64,000 nucleotides of DNA from an uncultured Nitrospiraceae bacterium (GTDB lineage: Bacteria > Nitrospirota > Thermodesulfovibrionia > Thermodesulfovibrionales > SM23-35): contig CAVSHB010000002.1 in NCBI GenBank assembly GCA_963727775.1, forward strand, positions 704,001-768,000, in the 5' to 3' direction. This document shows positions 29,424 to 39,665 of the stretch, in pieces. The translations under genes were made by a program, and so were the position numbers. Below the pieces are notes generated by a model. It had not been told where the DNA came from. It did not search any database and worked only from the letters and a program-made list of their open reading frames with translations. Numbering within the stretch: the first letter of the stretch is position 1; each line of letters starts with the position of its first letter.

Positions 29424-30032
29424 TCAGTTTGCACCGGCTTTTCGCAGTAACTCCTGTATTTGAGAATTGAGGAAGGCGTACTTGAGTGCGGTATCTCCCT
29501 TGTTGCTTTTCACATGAACATCAGCGCCTTTTTTTACAAGCAGCTTAACTGCCTCAACCTTCTCGTTCAATGCAGCCAGCATTAAGGCTGTTTCTCCATT
29601 GTTATTCCGGAGGTTCATATCAGCACCTTTCGCAATGAGAAGCTTTGCAGACTCTGTATCACCTTTGAACGAGGCGATCATCAGCGCCGTGTATCCGTCA
29701 TCGTTTTTTGCGTTAATGTCGGCGCCTTTCTCAATGAGGAGCTTTACTGTTTCGCCATTATCATTAACCGCGGCCAGCATCAATGCTGTTTCTCCCTTTT
29801 GCCCTTTAACATTTACGTCCATACCGGCCTTTATGAATAATTCCATTGTTTCCCTGTTGCCGACCCCGGCCCTGCTGAGAAAAGACTCCGCGGAATACGT
29901 TACGCCTTTCTGCTCCAGTTCTTTTCTGTAGTTGTCCTTGCTTTTACAACCTGCAATGAGTACAAGCAGGACAAGAGAGAGAAAGAAGACAAAACGACAA
30001 ATATTGGTAGAAGTTATTTTCCAGTTAGCCAT
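29424..30032 (-). CDS. Ankyrin-repeat lipoprotein
   Basis: Lipobox IAGC; repeated GETALMLA..LLIEKGAD. Confidence 0.88.
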   Translation of the reverse strand: MANWKITSTNICRFVFFLSLVLLVLIAGCKSKDNYRKELEQKGVTYSAESFLSRAGVGNRETMELFIKAGMDVNVKGQKGETALMLAAVNDNGETVKLLIEKGADINAKNDDGYTALMIASFKGDTESAKLLIAKGADMNLRNNNGETALMLAALNEKVEAVKLLVKKGADVHVKSNKGDTALKYAFLNSQIQELLRKAGAN

Positions 30033-30305
30033 AATATTTAGCGCACCAACACCGATAAAACTGGAATATTATAGCAGATATGTAAGTCAGCGGTATGCAA
30101 GAAACAAGATCGATGACAAAAGACATGGCCACTCTCCCGGCGCAAAATAGCCCATCCAGGTCTGAGAAATAAAAAAATGTCAGGTACAGAACAGTGGGCA
30201 TTCAACTAACAATGAGTTACAGGGCACCATATATCCTGCGGAAAAGGGCACTCTACTATGCGGGGGGGCAAGACTGAAATGGATAGGAACTATACCCTCT
30301 CTCTA

Positions 30306-31241
30306 TTAGCCATTTGGCATCTGTCGTAAGCTCGTGATGTCGCGCAATGGCGAGTTGCCAAACAGACGGCTGTACTCTCGGCTGAATTGGGAGGGGCTCT
30401 CATAGCCGACCTGAAACGCTGCGGTTGTCGCATCCTGATTTTCGGCAAGCATCAACCGCCGCGCTTCGCTCAAACGCAACCATTTTTGATATTGCAGTGG
30501 GCTCATGGCCGTCAGCGCCCGGAAATGATGGTGGAAAGTCGATGTACTCATATTGACTTGCGTTGCGAGGTCATCGATACGCAACGGCTGTGTGAAGTTA
30601 CCCTTCAACCAATCGATTGCCCGCGCAATCTGCTGACTCTGACTTCCTGCCGACGCCATCTGGCGCAGACGAGCGCCTTGGTCGCTCACGAGCAAACGGT
30701 AAAAAATTTCCCGCTTGATGATCGGCGCAAGGATCGGAATGTCCTTCTGTTCATCGAGCAAGTCGATCAACCGTTGAAAGGCAGTTATCAGTGGCTGGGT
30801 GACCGCGCCGGTTGCCATTCCACGGCTCGATTGCTGCGGCCGCGGCGGCGGCAGGTTGCTGTCCACCATTAGTTGTGAAATCTCGCGCTGATCGAGTCTC
30901 AAAACGAGCCCCAGGTAAGGCTTTTCCCGGCTGGCATTGATAATCTGTACAACCGTAGGCAGATCCACGGAAGTGATCAAATAATGGTGAGCGTCATACA
31001 CGTACGTATCGTCTCCAAGCAGCACGCGCTTGGCCCCTTGTGCAACCACGCAGATGCGTGGCTCGTACATGATGCTTATCGGCGGGCTCGGTTCGCTCCG
31101 CTGGTGAAGTGCCAAGCCGGGGATTCCCGTCTCATACCGGTCGCCATTGTCAGTCCATCGGGCAATGCTCTCTCCCAACATTTCAAGGGCAACTTCCAAC
31201 CCTTTATTCTCAACCACAGGCTTACTGTCTTGTTTTACCAT
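30306..31241 (-). CDS. AraC-family transcriptional regulator (YqhC-like)
   Basis: MSPLQYQK, VGYESPSQFSREY HTH; divergent from oxidoreductase operon. Confidence 0.92.
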   Translation of the reverse strand: MVKQDSKPVVENKGLEVALEMLGESIARWTDNGDRYETGIPGLALHQRSEPSPPISIMYEPRICVVAQGAKRVLLGDDTYVYDAHHYLITSVDLPTVVQIINASREKPYLGLVLRLDQREISQLMVDSNLPPPRPQQSSRGMATGAVTQPLITAFQRLIDLLDEQKDIPILAPIIKREIFYRLLVSDQGARLRQMASAGSQSQQIARAIDWLKGNFTQPLRIDDLATQVNMSTSTFHHHFRALTAMSPLQYQKWLRLSEARRLMLAENQDATTAAFQVGYESPSQFSREYSRLFGNSPLRDITSLRQMPNG

Positions 31242-31453
31242 TTATATCCTCCTGTTCGTATATTAACAGACTTGAACCCGCTCTACAATATTTATCGCAT
31301 AGTTCGTACGATTAGGCAAGAAATAGACAGGATTGATCTACCTGCCTTTGTACTTTCAGCAGTACAATATAATCATCAATAAGGCGACGAATAGATGTGA
31401 GCAAAGTCTACAAAGTGCTTAAGCTCTAAAAAAATATAGGATAAAAAATTTAG

Positions 31454-32446
<993 letters not shown>

Positions 32447-32454
32447 TCGGTAGA

Positions 32455-33534
32455 ATGGAGGAAAAAGCAATGACAATGAATGTACGAGGTTACGCAGCAC
32501 AGTCCGCCAAGGATGCCCTGGCTCCATATCGCTTTGAACGTCGCGATCCGCGGCCTGACGACGTGATTATCGAGATACTCTACTGTGGCGTATGCCACTC
32601 GGATTTACACACTGTCCGCAATGACTGGGCTAGTTGGTTTCCCACTACGTACCCGGTCGTGCCTGGCCATGAAATCATCGGTCGCGTGGTAAGCGTCGGA
32701 CCGGTTGTCAGCCGCTTCAAGACAAACGATCATGTCGGTGTCGGCTGTATGGTCGATTCCTGCAGGCATTGTGAGGCCTGCGAGCAGGAACAAGAACAGT
32801 ATTGCGCGGAGATCGCGACATACACCTATAACCATATTGATCGCTATGATCACACGCCCACCTTTGGGGGTTATTCCGAGAAGATCGTCGTGTCGGATAA
32901 ATTCGTACTGAAGATTCCCGATGGGCTGGATCTCAAAGGGGCAGCGCCATTACTATGCGCCGGGATTACTACCTGGTCGCCACTGCGTCACTGGAAAGTG
33001 GGTAAGGGCAGCAAGGTTGCGGTTATCGGCCTCGGTGGACTCGGTCATATAGCGCTGAAACTGGCGAAAGCGCTGGGCACTCATGTCACGCTCTTTACCC
33101 GTTCGTCGGGCAAAGAGAAGGACGCGCGTCGCCTGGGTGCGCACAATGTTGTCCTCTCCACCGATAAAAGTCAGATGGCGTCTATACAGGGTCAGTTCGA
33201 TCTGATTATTGATACCGTACCCTATGTTCATGATCTTAATCTGTATCTGCCGTCACTGACGATCAACGGCACGCTGGTGCTTCTCGGATATCTGGGCGAT
33301 CTAGAGCCGCTCCTGAGCTCTGTTCCGTTGGTAATGGGGCGGAGATCGGTCGCAGGGTCCGTCATCGGTGGCATTGCCGAAACCCAGGAATTGCTCGATT
33401 TCTGCGGCAAGCATGGCATCACTTCCGATGTCGAAGTGATCAAGATTCAGGATATCAATAAAGCGTATGAACGCATGTTGAAAAGCGACGTGAAATACCG
33501 CTTTGTGATCGATATGGAGTCGCTCAAAGCTTAA
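32455..33534 (+). CDS. Zn-dependent NAD(P) alcohol dehydrogenase (YahK-like)
   Basis: CHSD, GHE, structural Cys cluster, GLGGLG. Confidence 0.93.
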   Translation: MEEKAMTMNVRGYAAQSAKDALAPYRFERRDPRPDDVIIEILYCGVCHSDLHTVRNDWASWFPTTYPVVPGHEIIGRVVSVGPVVSRFKTNDHVGVGCMVDSCRHCEACEQEQEQYCAEIATYTYNHIDRYDHTPTFGGYSEKIVVSDKFVLKIPDGLDLKGAAPLLCAGITTWSPLRHWKVGKGSKVAVIGLGGLGHIALKLAKALGTHVTLFTRSSGKEKDARRLGAHNVVLSTDKSQMASIQGQFDLIIDTVPYVHDLNLYLPSLTINGTLVLLGYLGDLEPLLSSVPLVMGRRSVAGSVIGGIAETQELLDFCGKHGITSDVEVIKIQDINKAYERMLKSDVKYRFVIDMESLKA

Positions 33535-33550
33535 TGCCGAGGAGGTTGTT

Positions 33551-34375
33551 ATGAAAAGTGTCACGGTTTTAATAGGATCTGGGTCGATAGGTGTTGCAAT
33601 CGCGCGCAGAGTGAGCGCTGGAAAACACATTCTGCTTGCTGATTTAAAAAAAGAGAATGCGGACGCCGCAGCCGCAGTTTTAAGTAACGCAGGATTTGAA
33701 GTCAGCACGGCGACCGTCGATGTATCCTCGCGCGAAGCAGTTAAGAGCCTTGCTCAGAAGGCTGCAACACTCGGAGATGTGACAGGAGTCATCCACGCTG
33801 CCGGAGTTTCACCCTCGCAAGCTTCGCCGGAGGCTATTTTGTCGGTTGATGTGTATGGCACTGCGCTTGTGCTTGAGGAATTTGGAAATATCATAGCGCG
33901 CGGAGGTTCCGGTGTGGTCATTGCCTCGCAATCTGGTCATCGCCTAGGCGCTCTTACAAATGAACAAAATAAACTTCTCGCCACCACCCCAGCCGATCAG
34001 CTTTTATCGCTTCCGATGCTTCAGCCTGATCAAGTGAAGGATTCCTTACACGCTTATCAACTTTCAAAACGCGGGAACGCTTTGCGGGTGATGGCTGAAG
34101 CTGTCAGATGGGGTAAGCGCGGCGCGCGAATCAATACGATTAGTCCGGGGATTATTATCACACCACTCGCGAAAGATGAGCTAACCGGTCCTCGCGGAGA
34201 AGGTTACCGTCGCATGATTGAGCTTTGCCCCGTAGGGAGAGCGGGCACGTCTGACGAGGTTGCCAATGTCGCAGCCCTTCTCATGGGTCCTGAAGGTACG
34301 TTTATCACGGGAAGCGATTTTCTGATGGATGGTGGAGTTACGTCTTCGTATTTCTTTGGTGAGCTTGCTCTGTGA
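33551..34375 (+). CDS. SDR oxidoreductase
   Basis: GSGSIG, YQLSK, ITGSDFLMDGG. Confidence 0.9.
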   Translation: MKSVTVLIGSGSIGVAIARRVSAGKHILLADLKKENADAAAAVLSNAGFEVSTATVDVSSREAVKSLAQKAATLGDVTGVIHAAGVSPSQASPEAILSVDVYGTALVLEEFGNIIARGGSGVVIASQSGHRLGALTNEQNKLLATTPADQLLSLPMLQPDQVKDSLHAYQLSKRGNALRVMAEAVRWGKRGARINTISPGIIITPLAKDELTGPRGEGYRRMIELCPVGRAGTSDEVANVAALLMGPEGTFITGSDFLMDGGVTSSYFFGELAL

Positions 34376-34449
34376 GGAGCAGCCGCCGGATCGGTCTACT
34401 GCGTTACGGCGAACGCGAGTTTAAATTACAGATATGAAAAGAGGGAGGC

Positions 34450-35079
34450 ATGAAAAAGATATTTTTTGTTCTACCGATCATCGCCATATTCCTTGTATTT
34501 ATGGGTGTTCGGGTTCAAATAGATTCTGCCGCAACGGAAATCAGTCCGTCGAAGTCGGGAAAGACAAGTCAAGAGAAAGCACTACCACCTTCAGGAACCA
34601 AAAGGATTCTGGTGGCCTATTTTTCCCGCAGTGGCAACACTCGTGAAATTGCCAATCAGATTCACAAGAGCGTGGGCGGCGTTATTTTTGAAATTCAGGC
34701 CGTAAATTTCTATCCTGATGATTATGAAGAGCTTAAAAAACAAGCAAAGCAGGAGCTGGTTTCCGGATACAAACCGGCATTGAAAACAAAAGTTGAGAAT
34801 ATCAAGTCATATGATTTGGTTTTCATAGGCTACCCTATTTGGTGGGGTACGTTTCCCGCTCCGGTAAGAACTTTTTTATCGGAATACGATTTATCGGGAA
34901 AAATTATTGTACCGTTTTGCACACACGCTGGAGGCGGTCTGGGACAAAGCATTACGGATATCTCAAAACTTTGCCCAAAATCGACCTTGCTGGATGGTGT
35001 TGCCATTTGGGGAAGGGATGTGAAAGGCGCGCAAAACGAAGTATCAGGGTGGTTGCGAAAAATTAAAATCACGAAATAA
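34450..35079 (+). CDS. Flavodoxin with N-terminal signal/TM segment
   Basis: YFSRSGNT, GYPIWWG, FCTHAGGG. Confidence 0.88.
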   Translation: MKKIFFVLPIIAIFLVFMGVRVQIDSAATEISPSKSGKTSQEKALPPSGTKRILVAYFSRSGNTREIANQIHKSVGGVIFEIQAVNFYPDDYEELKKQAKQELVSGYKPALKTKVENIKSYDLVFIGYPIWWGTFPAPVRTFLSEYDLSGKIIVPFCTHAGGGLGQSITDISKLCPKSTLLDGVAIWGRDVKGAQNEVSGWLRKIKITK

Positions 35080-35131
35080 GAAGATCAAATTAACAAACAA
35101 ATCGGGATTAATAATATGGAGAACGAAATAG

Positions 35132-35671
35132 ATGAGTAAAAAAGTATTAGTGTTGTCTGCCAGTCCGAGAAGGGGTGGAAATTCTGATCTACTGTGCGAA
35201 CAATTTATGAAAGGAGGGCAGCAGGCCGGACACCATACAGAAAAGATTTTTTTAAAGGATAAAAAAATCAATTACTGCAGGGGATGCGGTACCTGTCAGG
35301 GTAATGGAGGCACGTGTGTTCAGAAAGATGATATGGCTGAAGTCCTCGATAAAATGATAGATGCCGATGTGATCGTGATGGCGACACCTGTATACTTTTA
35401 TACCATGAACGCACAGATGAAGACACTGATTGACAGAACCTGCGCTCGTTATACCGAAATCAGAAATAAGGATTTTTATTTCATCGTAGCAGCTGCCGAC
35501 AGCAGCAAGCGGGCAATGGAGAGGACTTTGGAAGGATTCAGGGCATTCACATCCTGTTTGAGCCGAGCAAAAGAAAAGGGGATCATCTACGGAACCGGTG
35601 CATGGAAAATTGGAGACATTAAAGGAAGCAAGGCGATGACCCAGGCATATGAAATGGGGAAAAAAGTATAG
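35132..35671 (+). CDS. Flavodoxin-fold iron-sulfur flavoprotein
   Basis: SPRRGGNS, CRGCGTC..C, ATPVYF. Confidence 0.88.
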   Translation: MSKKVLVLSASPRRGGNSDLLCEQFMKGGQQAGHHTEKIFLKDKKINYCRGCGTCQGNGGTCVQKDDMAEVLDKMIDADVIVMATPVYFYTMNAQMKTLIDRTCARYTEIRNKDFYFIVAAADSSKRAMERTLEGFRAFTSCLSRAKEKGIIYGTGAWKIGDIKGSKAMTQAYEMGKKV

Positions 35672-35684
35672 AGAGGAGTATTAA

Positions 35685-35952
35685 GTGAGGCAAATCGCAT
35701 TACTTATAAAGAAGAAAATAGGATGGAGGAGAAGTGCGATATGTATACGCTTCTTGATCGCTCTTTTGTGTATTTACATCAGCCTGGAAGCAGGAGACCA
35801 GCAGCAGCTCCAAGAGAAAGAGAGGACCCCAACAATGGAACTTAATTGAAGAAATCAAACCAGAGGATTGGGCAGAGAAGGGCTATAAGCCGGATATTAT
35901 TAACAACTCGGAGAAGCTGTACAAGAAACCAGGATATAACCCATTTGAATAG
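35685..35952 (+). pseudogene. Deletion scar: N-terminus of a signal-peptide protein joined out of frame to C-terminus of a tautomerase-family gene
   Basis: GTG 35685 (GAGGAG RBS) to TGA 35849; second frame 35845-35952 reads IEEIKPEDWAEKGYKPDIINNSEKLYKKPGYNPFE*. Confidence 0.6.
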
Positions 35953-35980
35953 CACAGGAATCGACTAGATAAAAGGAAAG

Positions 35981-36313
35981 GTGATGCACATGACAAACAG
36001 TAACGAACAAAAAGCGATAGATGACTTAAAGGCTATAGCACCGGAATTTGCGAAACTTACACAAGACTTTCTTTTCGGTGATATTTGGAAACGCCCCGGA
36101 CTATCGCAGCGCGATAAAAGCTTAATTACTGTCACATGCTTAATTGCGCTGAATCGTATTGAGCAAATAGATTTTCATCTTAAAAAGGCTTTTGAAAACG
36201 GTCTCACGAAGGAAGAACTTGTGGCTGCAATTACGCATATTGCATTTTACGCCGGGTGGCCCACCGCAGCCTCTGGGTTTGTTCACTTGAAAAAAGTAAT
36301 TGATCAGCAATAA
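35981..36313 (+). CDS. Carboxymuconolactone decarboxylase-family protein
   Basis: LFGDIWKRPGLSQRDKSLIT, HIAFYAGWP. Confidence 0.9.
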   Translation: MMHMTNSNEQKAIDDLKAIAPEFAKLTQDFLFGDIWKRPGLSQRDKSLITVTCLIALNRIEQIDFHLKKAFENGLTKEELVAAITHIAFYAGWPTAASGFVHLKKVIDQQ

Positions 36314-36369
36314 ATTGATTGAGGAAAAAATTTGAGTTCAAAGGCCTGGTAAATTTCTAAGTCTTTAGC

Positions 36370-36402
36370 AAAGGCCACTGATTTCTCAATCAGTGGCCTT
36401 TT
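36370..36402. terminator. Probable intrinsic terminator between convergent genes
   Basis: AAGGCCACTGAT / ATCAGTGGCCTT stem followed by T run. Confidence 0.7.
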
Positions 36403-36478
36403 CGTGCAAGTGATTGATCTTACCAATGATCGCCGGCATTCTATGGCCGGATATGCTGTAGCGCACGAGACTATCGCA

Positions 36479-37282
36479 TCAGCTTAATATGATATCCACC
36501 TTTTCACCTACACCGATGTTAAAGTTTAATGATGCATTCCCTTTGTTTACAAAGAATTCAAGATAACCGAAGCTGTTTATCAAAGAATAGAGCCCCTTGT
36601 CTTCAGCTTCCGAATAAAAGTTTTTCAACGGCGCTTCTATACCTTTCACCACAATCTTCGGTTTCTTCAGTTGATTACCGCCGGAAGGGACATCTATTTT
36701 TTGGGCGGGTACGTTGGTTATGACATTCCCGAAATGGTCTATATAGATAACTTCACCCTCGATCATATTTTCGGACGAAGCCACCGGTTCGGGCATCTTC
36801 ATTGTTACGTAATCGGTGACGGGGTCTCCGAATTTCATTATATTAATTCCCTTGGACAGCCATCCGGCCACGGGTGCAAATACATCTCTGCCGTGAAAGG
36901 TCGAACTCTTACCGGGAAGGAAGTAATGCTCGGCGGTTATGTTGATAACGGTGAAGCTTTGGCTCAGGGAATAAATACGTGAAAATATACCGTTGTCGGG
37001 TCCTACAAAGTAATTGTAATCCGCGGCAACAAGGATGGGCCTGCGCGGAGAACCCACACTCGGGTCTACTACCACAACATGTATTGTATTATGAGGGAAA
37101 AATGTAAAGCTTGTTCCGATTGTGAAGGCTGCTTCGAGAATATTTTGCGGATTTATTTCATGTGTAATGTCTAAAACAACGGCCAAAGGATTTATGGAGG
37201 TTATGACGCCTTTCATTATTCCCACGAAAGGGTCTTTATAACCGAAGTCACTTGTTAATGTTATTATGGGACGATTTTCCAT
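36479..37282 (-). CDS. SAM hydroxide adenosyltransferase / chlorinase-fluorinase family (DUF62)
   Basis: ITLTSDFG, VVDP.VGS.RR, GPDNG, STFHGRDVFAP, IDHFGN. Confidence 0.92.
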   Translation of the reverse strand: MENRPIITLTSDFGYKDPFVGIMKGVITSINPLAVVLDITHEINPQNILEAAFTIGTSFTFFPHNTIHVVVVDPSVGSPRRPILVAADYNYFVGPDNGIFSRIYSLSQSFTVINITAEHYFLPGKSSTFHGRDVFAPVAGWLSKGINIMKFGDPVTDYVTMKMPEPVASSENMIEGEVIYIDHFGNVITNVPAQKIDVPSGGNQLKKPKIVVKGIEAPLKNFYSEAEDKGLYSLINSFGYLEFFVNKGNASLNFNIGVGEKVDIILS

Positions 37283-38183
37283 CGAGACCGCCGATTATGT
37301 CTTTAACATAACTTATACCCTTTTTTTCTAAATATGTCCATATGCCGTTTATGATCTCCACGGTCGCAGAAGGGTTCAAGAAATTTCCGGTGCCTACCTG
37401 CACTGCGGAAGCGCCTGCAAGCATAAACTCTATCGCATCTTCAGCTTTTATAATGCCGCCTATGCCGATGACAGGAATTTTTATCGATCTTGACGCCTCC
37501 CATACCATCCTGACTGCAATAGGTCTGATAGCAGGGCCTGATAAACCTCCGGTTATGTTCGCGAGTTTCGGTTCCCACGTTTCTATATCAACGGCCATTC
37601 CGGGTATAGTATTGATCAATGATATGGCATCGCTTCCCGACTCTTCCGCAACTCTCGAAAACCCGGGGATATCGGATACACTGGGGGAAAGTTTTGTAAC
37701 CAGAACGGAATTTTTTACAGACTGTTTTACTTTTGATACAAGTTTGGCAAGCGCCTTCTTATCGGTGCCGAAGGCGATCCCTCCTTTTTTCACATTCGGG
37801 CAAGAGACATTCAACTCTACGGCATCCACACCCGCGTCATCGAGCGCTTTTGAGAGCTTTACATATTCCCCGATGGTATTGCCCAGGATGTTGACAATCA
37901 CTTTTGTGTCGAATTTTCTCAGGTAGGGCAGTTTCTCTTTCAGGAATCTTTTCAGTCCGATATTCTGAAGGCCGATTGCATTCAGCATGCCGCATGGAGT
38001 TTCACATATCCTGGGAGAAGGGTTACCCGCCATGGGCCCTAATGATATTCCTTTAACAACGACAGCGCCGAGCAGGTTCAGGTCTACAAACTCCGAATAT
38101 TCCTCGCCATACCCGAAAGTCCCGGAGGCCGTCATAACCGGGTTTTTCAGCCGTAAGTGTCCTATGTTAACAGTAAGGTCCAT
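37248..38183 (-). CDS. pyrD: Dihydroorotate dehydrogenase 1B catalytic subunit
   Basis: ASGTFGYG, NVSCPN, GGLSG. Confidence 0.95.
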   Translation of the reverse strand: MDLTVNIGHLRLKNPVMTASGTFGYGEEYSEFVDLNLLGAVVVKGISLGPMAGNPSPRICETPCGMLNAIGLQNIGLKRFLKEKLPYLRKFDTKVIVNILGNTIGEYVKLSKALDDAGVDAVELNVSCPNVKKGGIAFGTDKKALAKLVSKVKQSVKNSVLVTKLSPSVSDIPGFSRVAEESGSDAISLINTIPGMAVDIETWEPKLANITGGLSGPAIRPIAVRMVWEASRSIKIPVIGIGGIIKAEDAIEFMLAGASAVQVGTGNFLNPSATVEIINGIWTYLEKKGISYVKDIIGGLDGKSSHNNINK

Positions 38184-38190
38184 ATCAAAT

Positions 38191-38300
38191 AAGGATATAA
38201 GGTTGCCCTTGAGCGGCTTTTTTCGCTGATAAGCGAAAACCTCGGAGGTCCCGAAAGCTTTCGGGACCGAGAATGAGCGAAAGGGGAAGCTTATATCCTT
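38191..38300 (+). repeat. Structured repeat family, copy 1
   Basis: Outer IR AAGGATATAAG/CTTATATCCTT; GAGCGG; TTTTCGCT-GATA-AGCGAAAA; ACCTCGGA-GGTCCCGAAAGCTTTCGGGACC-GAGAATGAGCG. Confidence 0.85.
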
Positions 38301-38309
38301 TATAAAAAG

Positions 38310-39086
38310 TTAATTTTCCCACACAATCTCCTCAAACGGGAAAACAGGGCCTTCCTTGCACACCCGTTTGTAGCCGCTGACTGTATTAACGGCGCATCCG
38401 AGGCATGCTCCGAACCCGCAGGCCATATTCTCTTCCAGTGACGCATATCCTCTTATATTTTTATCGGCGGCAATCTTTGACAATGCCTTAAGCATAGGCT
38501 TCGGGCCGCAGGCGTACATGACATAAGATGTATCAGCAATGGAATGAGAAGATAGAAAATCATTTACAATGCCGTCAACCATTCCTTTCTTTCCGAAGGA
38601 GCAGTCATCCGTGCAGATGAGCAGTTCATTCCCAGATTTTTCCAACTCGGCAAGCATAAGAAGTTCTTTCCTGTTCTTTGCGCCGTAGACTAAATACGCT
38701 TTTCCCGAATACGCTTCAGCCAAAGAAAAAATGGATGCTATCCCTGTACCGCCGGCAACTAATAATGGGGTCTTACCGTTTCCCGGTTTGGGGTATCCTG
38801 TGCCGAGTGGTCCGATTATGTTCACTATTCCGCCGCGTCTGAAATCCTTCATTAAGGATGTGCCTTTCCCAATTACCGTATAGATAAACTGGATTGTCTC
38901 CGATGTTCTCCTGAAATAACTGAAAGGCCTTTTCAGCAGCGGGTCGTATGTATTGCCTGTTTCTATCATATAGAACTGTCCCGGAGCGGGCTCAATTACA
39001 GGGGCCAGAGGTTCTGTTATAAGAAGATTGTTTTTGCTGTTTAAAGGGAGGTTATCGGTAATTTTTGCCTTGAAGTTTCTATTCAA
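38310..39086 (-). CDS. pyrK: Dihydroorotate dehydrogenase electron transfer subunit
   Basis: RPFS, GGTGIA, MACGFGACLGC, VCKEGPVF. Confidence 0.93.
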   Translation of the reverse strand: MNRNFKAKITDNLPLNSKNNLLITEPLAPVIEPAPGQFYMIETGNTYDPLLKRPFSYFRRTSETIQFIYTVIGKGTSLMKDFRRGGIVNIIGPLGTGYPKPGNGKTPLLVAGGTGIASIFSLAEAYSGKAYLVYGAKNRKELLMLAELEKSGNELLICTDDCSFGKKGMVDGIVNDFLSSHSIADTSYVMYACGPKPMLKALSKIAADKNIRGYASLEENMACGFGACLGCAVNTVSGYKRVCKEGPVFPFEEIVWEN

Positions 39087-39555
39087 ATCTTATCTCTAAT
39101 ATCTCATACTCCAGGGTCTTCGCGGGGGCTTTAATAATAACTTCATCGCCGATCTCTTTGTTCAGTAAGGCCTTTCCGACAGGAGAGCTTATGGAAATCC
39201 TTCCGTTCTTAACATCCGCTTCGTCGGGTCCGACGAGCATGAAAATTCTTTCCTCGTTACTGTCGAGGTCAAGTACCTTGACCTTTGCCCCGAAGGCGGT
39301 CTTGCTCTGGGAAATTCTTGACGGGTCTATGACATCCGAGAGGGCAAGCTTTGTTTTCAGCTCCTGTATCTTTCCCTCTATAAAAGACTGCCTTTCCTTT
39401 GCCGCATGGTATTCCGCGTTTTCGGAAAGATCGCCGTGCGCCCTCGCTTCTGAAATGTCCTTTATATTATTCGGCCGTTCGATCTTCAGAAGCTTTTGAA
39501 GCTCATCCTGCATCTTATGATATCCGTCAGGCGTGATCGGCATTCTTTTGAGCAA
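39079..39555 (-). CDS. greA: Transcription elongation factor GreA
   Basis: HGDLSENAEYHAAKE, ISISSPVGKAL. Confidence 0.95.
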   Translation of the reverse strand: MLKRMPITPDGYHKMQDELQKLLKIERPNNIKDISEARAHGDLSENAEYHAAKERQSFIEGKIQELKTKLALSDVIDPSRISQSKTAFGAKVKVLDLDSNEERIFMLVGPDEADVKNGRISISSPVGKALLNKEIGDEVIIKAPAKTLEYEILEIRFE

Positions 39556-39665
39556 ATTATTTCCCTCCCTGAATGAATTAATTTAACACTTTTATGGTAA
39601 ATTTTTCTATATTAGATATCATCACGGATGTCAACAAAATTCCAGAACAATTAAAGGAGCAAGCC

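Noticed and set aside
36479..37282. Halogenase (fluorinase/chlorinase) natural-product locus
   Set aside because: Housekeeping context after pyrD and retained Asp/Arg/His-type motifs fit the common DUF62 SAM hydrolase
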